Source: an uncultured archaeon
GTDB lineage: Archaea > Iainarchaeota > Iainarchaeia > Iainarchaeales > DATDZZ01
Assembly: GCA_964373795.1 (NCBI GenBank)
Contig: CAYJVY010000007.1
Coordinates: forward strand, 1-32,000
Direction of reading: 5' to 3'
DNA length: 32,000 nt
Shown one piece after another: positions 24,714-32,000 of the stretch. Position 1 is the first letter of the stretch. Every line of letters begins with the position of its first letter. Position numbers and translations under genes: made by a program. Under the pieces are notes generated by a model. The model saw only the letters and a list, made by a program, of their open reading frames with translations, ran no database searches and had not been told where the DNA came from.

Positions 24714-26210
24714 TTAAAATTTGTTTATTTTTTCAAGTATCTCCTCATTTGACTTTTTTTCCTCTACTAGTTTTTCTAAAAATTTTCTTCTTTTGAGTAA
24801 TTCAGAGTTTAATTCTTTTTCTTTTAATCCAAAGCATTGCATTATTTTTGTTTTAACTTTTTTTGATTCGTTTGTTTTTTCTAAACAGTTTTTTTCGTAA
24901 TTGAATTTAAATAATGTGTTTAATTCAACTTCTTTTTGTGATTCAAGTATTTCAGTTATTTCAATTATTTTTCGTATTTCTTTTTTTGAATTGTTTTTTA
25001 AATCAATTTTGTTCCAGCGTTTTTGAATTATAATTAAATCAATTGATGTTAGATCCATTTCCATTACTTTTAATTTTTTTAATCTCTTTAATGCTTCATT
25101 TGAACTTAAAGCATGAAAGGTTGCATAAGATCCTTTTCCTTGTCCTGCAAGCAAGGTATTAATAAATGCTTCAACTTCTTCTTGATTTCGGATTTCTCCC
25201 ACAATTATTCTGTCTGGGCGCATTCTAAGTGTTTCAACTATTAAGTTTTGCATTTTAATTCCAAGGTTTTCAACAGTATTTAATTTAATTAAGTGTTTGT
25301 GTGGAAGATTTATTTCAGGAGTTTCTTCTGTTAAAATAATTCTTTCTTCTTGTGGAACAAAATAGAATAATGCATTCATTGAAGTTGTTTTTCCTGATCC
25401 AGTATTTCCTGCAATCATTAAACTTGAATCAGTGTTTAATGTCATCCAAAGAAAGGCTAGTGCTTCAATTGAAACAGTGTTTAATTTAATTAAGTCAATT
25501 GGAGTGAAAGGTTTTTTCTTGAATTTTCTAATTGTAATGCTTGGCCCCGAAAAAGTTATTGGAGAAATTAATGCATTTATTCTTGAGCCATCTAATAAGC
25601 AGGCATTTAAATTAGGGGTTTGAAGGCTTAATTGTCTTCCAAGTTCTCTGCTCATTTTGTTTACTAAATTTTTTACTGTTGTTTCATGGGAATAATATAG
25701 ATTTGTTTTAAGCCATCCAAAAGTTTTTTCAAATATGTGCACAGGTTTTAATTCTCCTAAACCTATTACAGTTATTTCTTCTATTTCATCATTTTCTAAA
25801 AGCTTTGATATTGCCCCATATTTGAATACTTGCGAATTAAGTATTTCAAGCAAATATTCTTTTTGTTCTTCCTCTAGAAAAATTGAATTTTTTTCACAAT
25901 AATTTTGCAGAGTGTTTTCAATTAAAGCAATTTTTGGATTATCTATTTCTTTTACTTGGAATTCATTTAAAATTTTTTGAATTAATTCTGCCTCTTGAAC
26001 AGTTAATTCAGGAATTTCTTTTATTACATAAATCCTTTCATTGTTTCTTAACTCAATTATTTTGAATTCATTTTTTTCAATCAATGTTTTGTTTATTTCT
26101 TCTTCTCTGAAATGGAATACTCTCCATCCAAGAATTTTTTCAACCTCTTTTATTTCTTTAAAGCTTTGAGTTAAGCAAATCAAGTTTTGCACAGAATTTT
26201 TTTTATTCAT
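24714..26210 (-). CDS. Type II/IV secretion-family ATPase (archaeal pilus/TadA/FlaI-like)
   Basis: Walker A GNTGSGKTT, Asp box/Walker B PDRIIVGEIR and His box ATFHA are present, with an N-terminal domain typical of FlaI/TadA-like hexameric ATPases. Confidence 0.85.
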   Translation of the reverse strand: MNKKNSVQNLICLTQSFKEIKEVEKILGWRVFHFREEEINKTLIEKNEFKIIELRNNERIYVIKEIPELTVQEAELIQKILNEFQVKEIDNPKIALIENTLQNYCEKNSIFLEEEQKEYLLEILNSQVFKYGAISKLLENDEIEEITVIGLGELKPVHIFEKTFGWLKTNLYYSHETTVKNLVNKMSRELGRQLSLQTPNLNACLLDGSRINALISPITFSGPSITIRKFKKKPFTPIDLIKLNTVSIEALAFLWMTLNTDSSLMIAGNTGSGKTTSMNALFYFVPQEERIILTEETPEINLPHKHLIKLNTVENLGIKMQNLIVETLRMRPDRIIVGEIRNQEEVEAFINTLLAGQGKGSYATFHALSSNEALKRLKKLKVMEMDLTSIDLIIIQKRWNKIDLKNNSKKEIRKIIEITEILESQKEVELNTLFKFNYEKNCLEKTNESKKVKTKIMQCFGLKEKELNSELLKRRKFLEKLVEEKKSNEEILEKINKF

Positions 26211-26312
26211 TTAATTCATTTTACTTCAATGAATAAAGGTTAATAAGATTTCACCTAAATTCGCTTATTGCAGAAGTTAAGGTTTTTAAATAAAAACCTT
26301 AATTAATATTTG

Positions 26313-26879
26313 ATGCGAAAAAATTCCAGTTTTAATGGGTTTCCACAAGAATTTGCAATGGCTTTAGAGTTACTTAAATCAAAGCCTGTTTTTTATCATG
26401 ATAAAACAACTCATTTAAAAATTTTTTTAAGAGAAATTAAAGGCGTTATTAATCCTCAAATAAGTTTTCCTGATTATCATGATGCATTATTTTTTGAAGC
26501 AGAAGATTTAACTAAATCTTTTAATGCCTCTTTGAATGACTTAACTTATGTTGTTAGATTAGATTCTTTTTTTGAGGAGAAGACTAAACTTTTTTTTGCA
26601 ATAGAGTTGACTTCTAAAAATGAGTTGAATTTAAGTAATTTGCCTTTAATTTTGTTAAATTATTTAAGTAAAAGAGTTGCTGATGATTGGAATAAAAAAA
26701 TTGATTCTTTAAATGAAATTAATTCTGGTTTTTTTGGAGTATTAGATTCTAGTGTTAATTCTTCAGTTAACTTGAATGAATTTGAAAAAATGTTTTTTTT
26801 GATTGAAAAAAATAGAGTTGTATTGCTTTTTGAATTTCCTTTAAAAGAACGAAAATCTTCAGGCTATTTTGAGGATTAA
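26313..26879 (+). CDS. Hypothetical protein (188 aa)
   Basis: A clean ORF divergent from the pilus ATPase. The near-palindromic GGTTTTTAAATAAAAACC box is centred about 25 nt upstream of the ATG at 26313. No recognisable family. Confidence 0.45.
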   Translation: MRKNSSFNGFPQEFAMALELLKSKPVFYHDKTTHLKIFLREIKGVINPQISFPDYHDALFFEAEDLTKSFNASLNDLTYVVRLDSFFEEKTKLFFAIELTSKNELNLSNLPLILLNYLSKRVADDWNKKIDSLNEINSGFFGVLDSSVNSSVNLNEFEKMFFLIEKNRVVLLFEFPLKERKSSGYFED

Positions 26880-27847
26880 AATTCTGTTAACTTTTTTGTT
26901 TTTGCTGAGTCTGTTTTAAAGTTTGATTCGTCTGCGTGTATTGTGTTAATTGCTTCTGCAAAAAGGTTTGCCACGCTTAATACTTTGAATTTTTCTGAAA
27001 GTTTTTTTTCAATTTGATTGATTGAGTCAGTTACAATTATTTCTTTGATTGATTTGTCTGAAAGCCTTTCTATTGCTGGTTCGGAAAAGATTCCGTGTGT
27101 TGCGGCAACATAGATGTCTAATGCACCTTGTTTTTTTAAAGCCTTAGCTGCTTCTGAGACAGTTCCCGCAGTGTCAATCATGTCGTCTAATATTATGCAG
27201 TTTTTTCCTTTGACTTCTCCTACTACTGTCATTTCTTCTACTTCGTTGTGTTTTACTCTTCTTTTGTCAATTATTGCTATTGGTGCATTAAGCATTTTTC
27301 CCACTCTTCGAGTTTTTTTTGCCGCGCCTGTATCTGGAGCAATTATGCATAAATTTTTTAGTTTTTTTGAAACAAAGTATTCAACTAGTAATTCACTTGC
27401 ATGTAAATGATCTACTGGAATATCAAAAAAGCCTTCAATTTGATCTGAATGTAAGTCAAGTGTTAAAACTCTGCCTGCCCCAGAGGTTGCAATTAGGTTT
27501 GCAACAAGTTTTGCAGTAATTGGTTCTTGTGGCTTGGCTTGCCTGTCTTGTCTTGCATACCCATAATATGGGATTACTGCAGTAATTCTTTTAGCCGAAC
27601 TTCTTTTCACTGCATCAATTATTATTGCTAATTCCATTAAATTATAATTTACATCTTTTGAAGTTGGTTGAATTATAAATACATCTTTGCCTCTAACATT
27701 TTCTTCAATTCTTACATATACTTCTCCGTCTTTAAAATGAGATATTTCCATTGAACTTAATTCTATATTCAAATATTTTGCAATTTTTTCAGCTAAAAGC
27801 GTATTAGATGATCCTGTAATTATTGCTAAATTAGAGTCTTTTTTCAT
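26876..27847 (-). CDS. prs: Ribose-phosphate pyrophosphokinase (PRPP synthetase)
   Basis: PYYGYARQDR, DLHSDQIEGFFDIPVDHL and ILDDMIDTAGT motifs are present. Confidence 0.9.
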   Translation of the reverse strand: MKKDSNLAIITGSSNTLLAEKIAKYLNIELSSMEISHFKDGEVYVRIEENVRGKDVFIIQPTSKDVNYNLMELAIIIDAVKRSSAKRITAVIPYYGYARQDRQAKPQEPITAKLVANLIATSGAGRVLTLDLHSDQIEGFFDIPVDHLHASELLVEYFVSKKLKNLCIIAPDTGAAKKTRRVGKMLNAPIAIIDKRRVKHNEVEEMTVVGEVKGKNCIILDDMIDTAGTVSEAAKALKKQGALDIYVAATHGIFSEPAIERLSDKSIKEIIVTDSINQIEKKLSEKFKVLSVANLFAEAINTIHADESNFKTDSAKTKKLTEF

Positions 27848-27887
27848 AACACATTCTTCTTAGAACTTGTTTAAAAAGGTTTTCAAA

Positions 27888-28868
27888 CTATATTGTTTGA
27901 ATTTCTGTTACTTGAAATAAAACATTTTCTTTTAAAGAATTCAAGTTTTCTGTATTACTTAAAGAAGGAGTTGAAGGATTGGAAATTCTTAAAATTAAAG
28001 GGTTTTGAGAATTTGCAAGAACAATGAATTGATTTTCAAGTAAATCAATTGCTTTAATTACTTCAATTGTTTGCATTTCATTATTGATTTTAATGTTATA
28101 ATAACTTGTTTCGCCATTGTTTGTTAAATCAATTCCGTAAATTCCTTTTTGAGGCAAAAACTTTTTCTTTTCTTTAATCCATTGAGGTTCGACATTGAAG
28201 TCAAAATTAATGCTTGTTTCTCTAGTAGTTGAGAGCTCATCAAAAGTTAAATCGCTTAACCAAATCAAACTGTTTTCAACATTTTTTTCTCCTTCAAGCC
28301 ATTGAAATGGACTTGAAATAATTGCTCCGTTTGCAACAACATTTTCTTCTATTTCTCCTAATTTAAATTTTTCTGCAGTTAAAGTTCCATTAATTTTTTC
28401 ACTTGCATTTAATTCAAATGAAATTTTGATTTTTTCTTTTGGCTTGAATTCAAGTACTTGAATTTGAATTTCTGTTCCTTCAACTGTTGATTCTTTTGAA
28501 ACAGGTTTAATTGTTAGCTTCATTCCTTGAGCTGAAAGGCTTTTACTTAACTTTTCTGCGTTTTCTTTTTCGTTTTTATTTAATTCTTTTTCAGAGAAAA
28601 AAGGATTTGAGTAAACAGGAACTTTATTTATTGGATTGCCTTCAACTTTTGATACTCCTGGAATAGTGTCAGATTTGTTTACAAGAACATCATTATTTGT
28701 GGAAATATTTGTAACTGGTTTTAGTGGATTTAATAAAATGAATGCAACAATTACTGCAAGCACTATTCCTGCAATTATGTAAACTGCTATTGCTGTTTCT
28801 TTTTTTTCTGATTGCATTGAATAATTTGTTTCTTGATTTCTTTTAGGCATTGTATTAATTACCTTCAT
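27888..28868 (-). CDS. Hypothetical N-terminally membrane-anchored protein
   Basis: It has a single hydrophobic segment (AIAVYIIAGIVLAVIVAFILL) followed by about 270 aa rich in Asn/Glu/Lys/Ser. No recognisable family. Confidence 0.45.
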   Translation of the reverse strand: MKVINTMPKRNQETNYSMQSEKKETAIAVYIIAGIVLAVIVAFILLNPLKPVTNISTNNDVLVNKSDTIPGVSKVEGNPINKVPVYSNPFFSEKELNKNEKENAEKLSKSLSAQGMKLTIKPVSKESTVEGTEIQIQVLEFKPKEKIKISFELNASEKINGTLTAEKFKLGEIEENVVANGAIISSPFQWLEGEKNVENSLIWLSDLTFDELSTTRETSINFDFNVEPQWIKEKKKFLPQKGIYGIDLTNNGETSYYNIKINNEMQTIEVIKAIDLLENQFIVLANSQNPLILRISNPSTPSLSNTENLNSLKENVLFQVTEIQTI

Positions 28869-28889
28869 TTAATTAAAAAGGTTTTTGTT

Positions 28890-31598
28890 TTAAGCACTTG
28901 GATTTCTTTGAATTTTTGAAATCAATTTATTTGCAATGTTATTAATGTATGGAACTAGTATTGCGCTTAACCCTAGAATGAAAACAATAATCCATTGAAT
29001 TAAATTCAAGTTTGTTACTTCAAAAAATTTTTGCAACAAAGGCACATTTAATACAATTAAATGAGCGATAAAAGAAATTATTACTGCTAGTACAAGCCAT
29101 TTGTTTGCATAAAAAGGTTTATTGAATAGAGTAGTGTTTTCTCCTCTGCAATTGAATACAAAAATTAATTCAAACAAAATCATTGTAGTTAAAGCCATTG
29201 TTTGACCTAAAATAAGTCCTCCTTCTTTTAATCCAATTGCAAAAGCTAATAGAGTTACAATAGATACAATAATTGCTATAATTAAAATTTGTCCAAATAT
29301 TCCGTGCAATAAATCTTCTTTTGGATTTCTTGGCTTTTCTTCCATTACTTTATCAGATATTTCTTCTTTGCTTAAAGCCAGTGCAGGAAATAAATCTGTA
29401 ACTAAATTAATCCATAAAAGTTGCATGAATCCTAAAGGCAATCCAATATGTAATCCAAAAGCAATTGAAATAATTTGAGCAATTGAAATTGTTAGTATTT
29501 CTCCAAAGTTTGCTGATAACAAGTATTTAACAGAGTTTTTAATGTTTGAATAAATTTTTCTTCCTTCTCGAACAGCTTTAACTATTGTTGAAAAATTGTC
29601 ATCCAATAAAACCATGTCTGCAACTTGTTTTGCTACATCTGTTCCTTTAATGCCCATTACAACTCCAATGTCTGCATTTTTTAATGCAGGGGCATCGTTT
29701 ACTCCGTCTCCAGTCATTGCAATTACGTTATTGTTTTGTTTTCTTAAAGCATTAATTATTTTTACTTTGTGTTCAGGGCTAACTCTAGCGAAAACACTTA
29801 ATTCATTAATTTTTTTCGCTAATTCTTCTTCGCTTAATTTATCTAATTCTTTTCCTTCAATCGCAACTTTTTTTAAGTCAACATTTTCTTCAATTAATTT
29901 AATTTGTTTTGCTATTGCAATAGCTGTAAGCAAGTGGTCTCCTGTAACCATTTTAACTTGGATTCCAGCTTTTCTGCATAAAGCAATTGCTTCAAGTGAT
30001 TCTTTGTGCGGAGAATCAATCATTCCAACTAATCCAACAAAAATTAAATCTTTTTCATCCCTTAATTCAAGTTTTCCTTTTTCTTTTCTTTCTTTGAATG
30101 CAAATCCTAAAACCCTTAAACCCTTTGATGCAAGTTCATTGTTTTTTTCCAAGAATTCATTCAATTTTTTTTTGTCTAATTTTTTTTGCTTTCCATTTTC
30201 CATGAAAAAAGTTGAACGTTCCAAAATTGCTTCAGCCGATCCTTTTGAATACAAGAAGTGTTTTCCTTTTGCATTGAATTCAACGCTCATCATTTTTCTG
30301 TTTGAATCAAATTCTAATTCATCTAAAAATTCTTCTTTAAGGTTTTCTTTTGTAAATCCTAGTTTTTTTCCTAATACAAGCAAGGCTATTTCAGTTGGAT
30401 CTCCAATTAATTCTTTTTTTGTTTCACCTATGTGAGCGTTATTGCATAAAACACTTATTTTTGAAATTAATTCAAGTTCTTTTGAAGGAGTTAAAATTTT
30501 TTCTTGGTTTAAGGAAATTTCGCCTTGAAGATTGTATCCTTCTCCGCTTACATTAAATTCTTTGAAGTTGTCGAAAACTTTTTGCACCATTAACTCGTTT
30601 TTAGTAATTGTCCCAGTTTTATCAGAGCAAATAACTGTTGTACTGCCAAGTGTTTCAACTGCGGCTAATTTTCTTATAACTGCATTTCCTCTAGCCATTG
30701 CTTGAGTTCCTAAAGCTAAAGCAATTGTTACAACTGCTGGCAAGCCTTCTGGAATAGCTGCTACTGCTAATCCAATGGCAATTAAAAACATTTTAATTAA
30801 TTCGCTTCCAGCTAGCATTCCAAGCAAGAAAATTATTATTATTAATACAACAGCTATTTTTGCTAAAAAAGTTCCAAGTTTATCCATTTTTTCAACTAAA
30901 GGTGTTTTAGTTTCTTCAATGGATTGAAGTGATTCAGCTATTTTTCCAAACTCTGTGAATTGCCCTGTTGCAATAACTATTGCTTTTCCTCTTCCTTTTA
31001 CAATAGTTGTTCCAGCAAATAAAATGTTTTTTTGTTCTGCTATAGGAATTTTTTCTTTTTCAATTACCTCTGCAATTTTTCCAACTGGAGTTGATTCTCC
31101 TGTTAAAACAGCTTCATCTACTCTTAAATTAATTGCTTCAATTATTCTTGCATCTGCTGCAACAATTTCTCCTTCTTCTACTAAAATAATGTCTCCTGGA
31201 ACTAAATGCTTTGAATCAACTAATTCTTCTACTCCATTTCGAATTACTGTTGCATTTGAAATAGTCAATTTTTTTAAAGCCTCTAAAGCTTTTTCTGCTT
31301 TTGATTCTTGGTAAAACCCAATAAATGCATTCACTACCACAATTATTGCAACCAGAATTGCTCCATCAAGTTCTCCAATAAATAAATTAATTATTCCTGC
31401 TGCAATTAATACATAAATTAAAGCTGATTTGAATTGATTTAAAAAAAGAATTAATGCATTAATTTTTTTCTTTTCCTTTAATTCATTTAATCCAAATTTT
31501 TTTAATCGCTTTTTTGTTTCTTCTTCGCTTAAGCCATTTAAATTACATGTTAATTCATTCAAAACTTTTTCTACGCTTAACCTATAATAGTCGGCCAT
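28890..31598 (-). CDS. P-type cation-transporting ATPase (type II, Ca2+-ATPase-like)
   Basis: TGES, ICSDKTGTITKN (phosphorylated Asp), MVTGDH and TGDGVNDAPALK motifs are present. Length (902 aa) and TM layout fit SERCA/PMCA-like prokaryotic pumps. Confidence 0.9.
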   Translation of the reverse strand: MADYYRLSVEKVLNELTCNLNGLSEEETKKRLKKFGLNELKEKKKINALILFLNQFKSALIYVLIAAGIINLFIGELDGAILVAIIVVVNAFIGFYQESKAEKALEALKKLTISNATVIRNGVEELVDSKHLVPGDIILVEEGEIVAADARIIEAINLRVDEAVLTGESTPVGKIAEVIEKEKIPIAEQKNILFAGTTIVKGRGKAIVIATGQFTEFGKIAESLQSIEETKTPLVEKMDKLGTFLAKIAVVLIIIIFLLGMLAGSELIKMFLIAIGLAVAAIPEGLPAVVTIALALGTQAMARGNAVIRKLAAVETLGSTTVICSDKTGTITKNELMVQKVFDNFKEFNVSGEGYNLQGEISLNQEKILTPSKELELISKISVLCNNAHIGETKKELIGDPTEIALLVLGKKLGFTKENLKEEFLDELEFDSNRKMMSVEFNAKGKHFLYSKGSAEAILERSTFFMENGKQKKLDKKKLNEFLEKNNELASKGLRVLGFAFKERKEKGKLELRDEKDLIFVGLVGMIDSPHKESLEAIALCRKAGIQVKMVTGDHLLTAIAIAKQIKLIEENVDLKKVAIEGKELDKLSEEELAKKINELSVFARVSPEHKVKIINALRKQNNNVIAMTGDGVNDAPALKNADIGVVMGIKGTDVAKQVADMVLLDDNFSTIVKAVREGRKIYSNIKNSVKYLLSANFGEILTISIAQIISIAFGLHIGLPLGFMQLLWINLVTDLFPALALSKEEISDKVMEEKPRNPKEDLLHGIFGQILIIAIIVSIVTLLAFAIGLKEGGLILGQTMALTTMILFELIFVFNCRGENTTLFNKPFYANKWLVLAVIISFIAHLIVLNVPLLQKFFEVTNLNLIQWIIVFILGLSAILVPYINNIANKLISKIQRNPSA

Positions 31599-31612
31599 GA
31601 AATTAGATAATG

Positions 31613-31629
31613 AAAAACTATTATAAAAG
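31613..31629 (-). promoter_or_regulatory. TATA-like box (minus strand CTTTTATAATAGTTTTT) upstream of the P-type ATPase
   Basis: It is centred about 25 nt upstream of the ATG at 31598, so the transcript should be leaderless or nearly so. Confidence 0.35.
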
Positions 31630-31652
31630 CCTTCGCAAAATTAATTTTCAAA

Positions 31653-31826
31653 TTATTCTGGGCTAATGTAGTTTTCTTTGCATTTTTCACTGCAAAATCT
31701 TTGATAGTACAAATAGTTTTTCTCGTTTTTTTCAATTGAGTTACTGCAGTTTAAGCATTTTTTTCCAGGCATTAATTTTTGTAAGTCTTTTTTATTACTT
31801 TTTTTAATGTATTCCCCTAAATCCAT
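31653..31826 (-). CDS. Small zinc-ribbon-like ORF (57 aa), absent from the ORF track
   Basis: My translation is MDLGEYIKKSNKKDLQKLMPGKKCLNCSNSIEKNEKNYLYYQRFCSEKCKENYISPE, with a CxxC ... CxxxC pair. An AT-rich TATA-like stretch lies about 25 nt upstream of the ATG. Confidence 0.35.
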   Translation of the reverse strand: MDLGEYIKKSNKKDLQKLMPGKKCLNCSNSIEKNEKNYLYYQRFCSEKCKENYISPE

Positions 31827-31930
31827 ACACTATATTTTAATGCAAAGGTAAATAAATATTTTTCTTTGCAATTAATTTCTTTCTGCATTCGAAAGCTATT
31901 TAATTTGATCTATGTTAAAACTTATTTTTA

Positions 31931-32000
31931 ATGAGCTTAAAAGTTTTTGGAAAACTAATTTTAGAAGACGGCTCTGTTTTTGTTGGAGAAAGCTTTGGTT
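31931..32000 (+). CDS. carA: Carbamoyl-phosphate synthase small subunit, N-terminal fragment (runs off the window)
   Basis: MSLKVFGKLILEDGSVFVGESFG matches the conserved CarA start (..LVLEDGTVF.G.SFG). A TATA-like AGCTATTTAATTT lies about 28 nt upstream. Confidence 0.55.
   Translation, partial: MSLKVFGKLILEDGSVFVGESFG

Noticed and set aside
27888-28868. The N-terminally anchored 326-aa protein considered as the missing pilin.
   Set aside because: Its N-terminus (..QSEKKETAIAVYIIAGIVL..) lacks the short positively charged leader ending in Gly/Ala that precedes the hydrophobic stretch in a class III signal peptide. The protein is also much larger than typical archaeal pilins.
1-32000. CRISPR arrays, rRNA or tRNA genes, IS elements, integrases or tandem repeat arrays anywhere in the window.
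   Set aside because: Reading the intergenic regions showed no regularly spaced direct repeats. No transposase or integrase motifs appear in any listed ORF. Apart from the two unexplained GC-rich islands, there is no GC-rich segment with tRNA or rRNA hallmarks.

Overview
This is an AT-rich window (about 30% G+C by eye). It is gene-dense and almost every gene lies on the minus strand. I made product calls by reading the supplied translations, plus my own translation of unlisted regions, against family motifs I remember; no search was run. Content from left to right: (1) a DUF433 gene. (2) An aromatic amino-acid supraoperon at 335-9920, in minus-strand order pheA, HIT, DAHP synthase, aminotransferase, aroA::aroK fusion, frameshifted relE-like gene, SDR, aroB, aroD::aroE fusion. 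(3) A ~5.4 kb accessory islet at 9954-15373, holding a GC-rich non-coding island, orphan genes, two PIN-type toxin modules, an APH-fold kinase, a nonsense-interrupted BRO-N/antirepressor-like gene and an NDT-like gene. (4) A compact trpEGDCBA operon without trpF at 15374-21276. (5) A thioredoxin-like [2Fe-2S] ferredoxin, followed by a second GC-rich island. (6) A Tad/Epd-like type IV pilus assembly locus at 21956-26210, with an ATPase, two single-domain platform proteins and an interposed polytopic orphan. (7) prs, a membrane-anchored orphan, a P-type (Ca-type) ATPase, a small zinc-ribbon ORF and the first 23 codons of carA. A TTTWAATAGTTT-like box recurs about 22-30 nt upstream of many start codons, which implies leaderless or short-leader transcripts. 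That layout, the pilus machinery and the TA families suggest an AT-rich small-genome archaeon (DPANN-like), but this is inference. I recognised no rRNA, tRNA, CRISPR array, transposase or integrase. The points most worth a second look are the two AROM-order gene fusions, two conserved genes whose N-termini lie upstream of any canonical start codon, the two GC-rich islands, a mirror-symmetric four-gene module sharing a 14-nt motif, and the atypical pilus locus.
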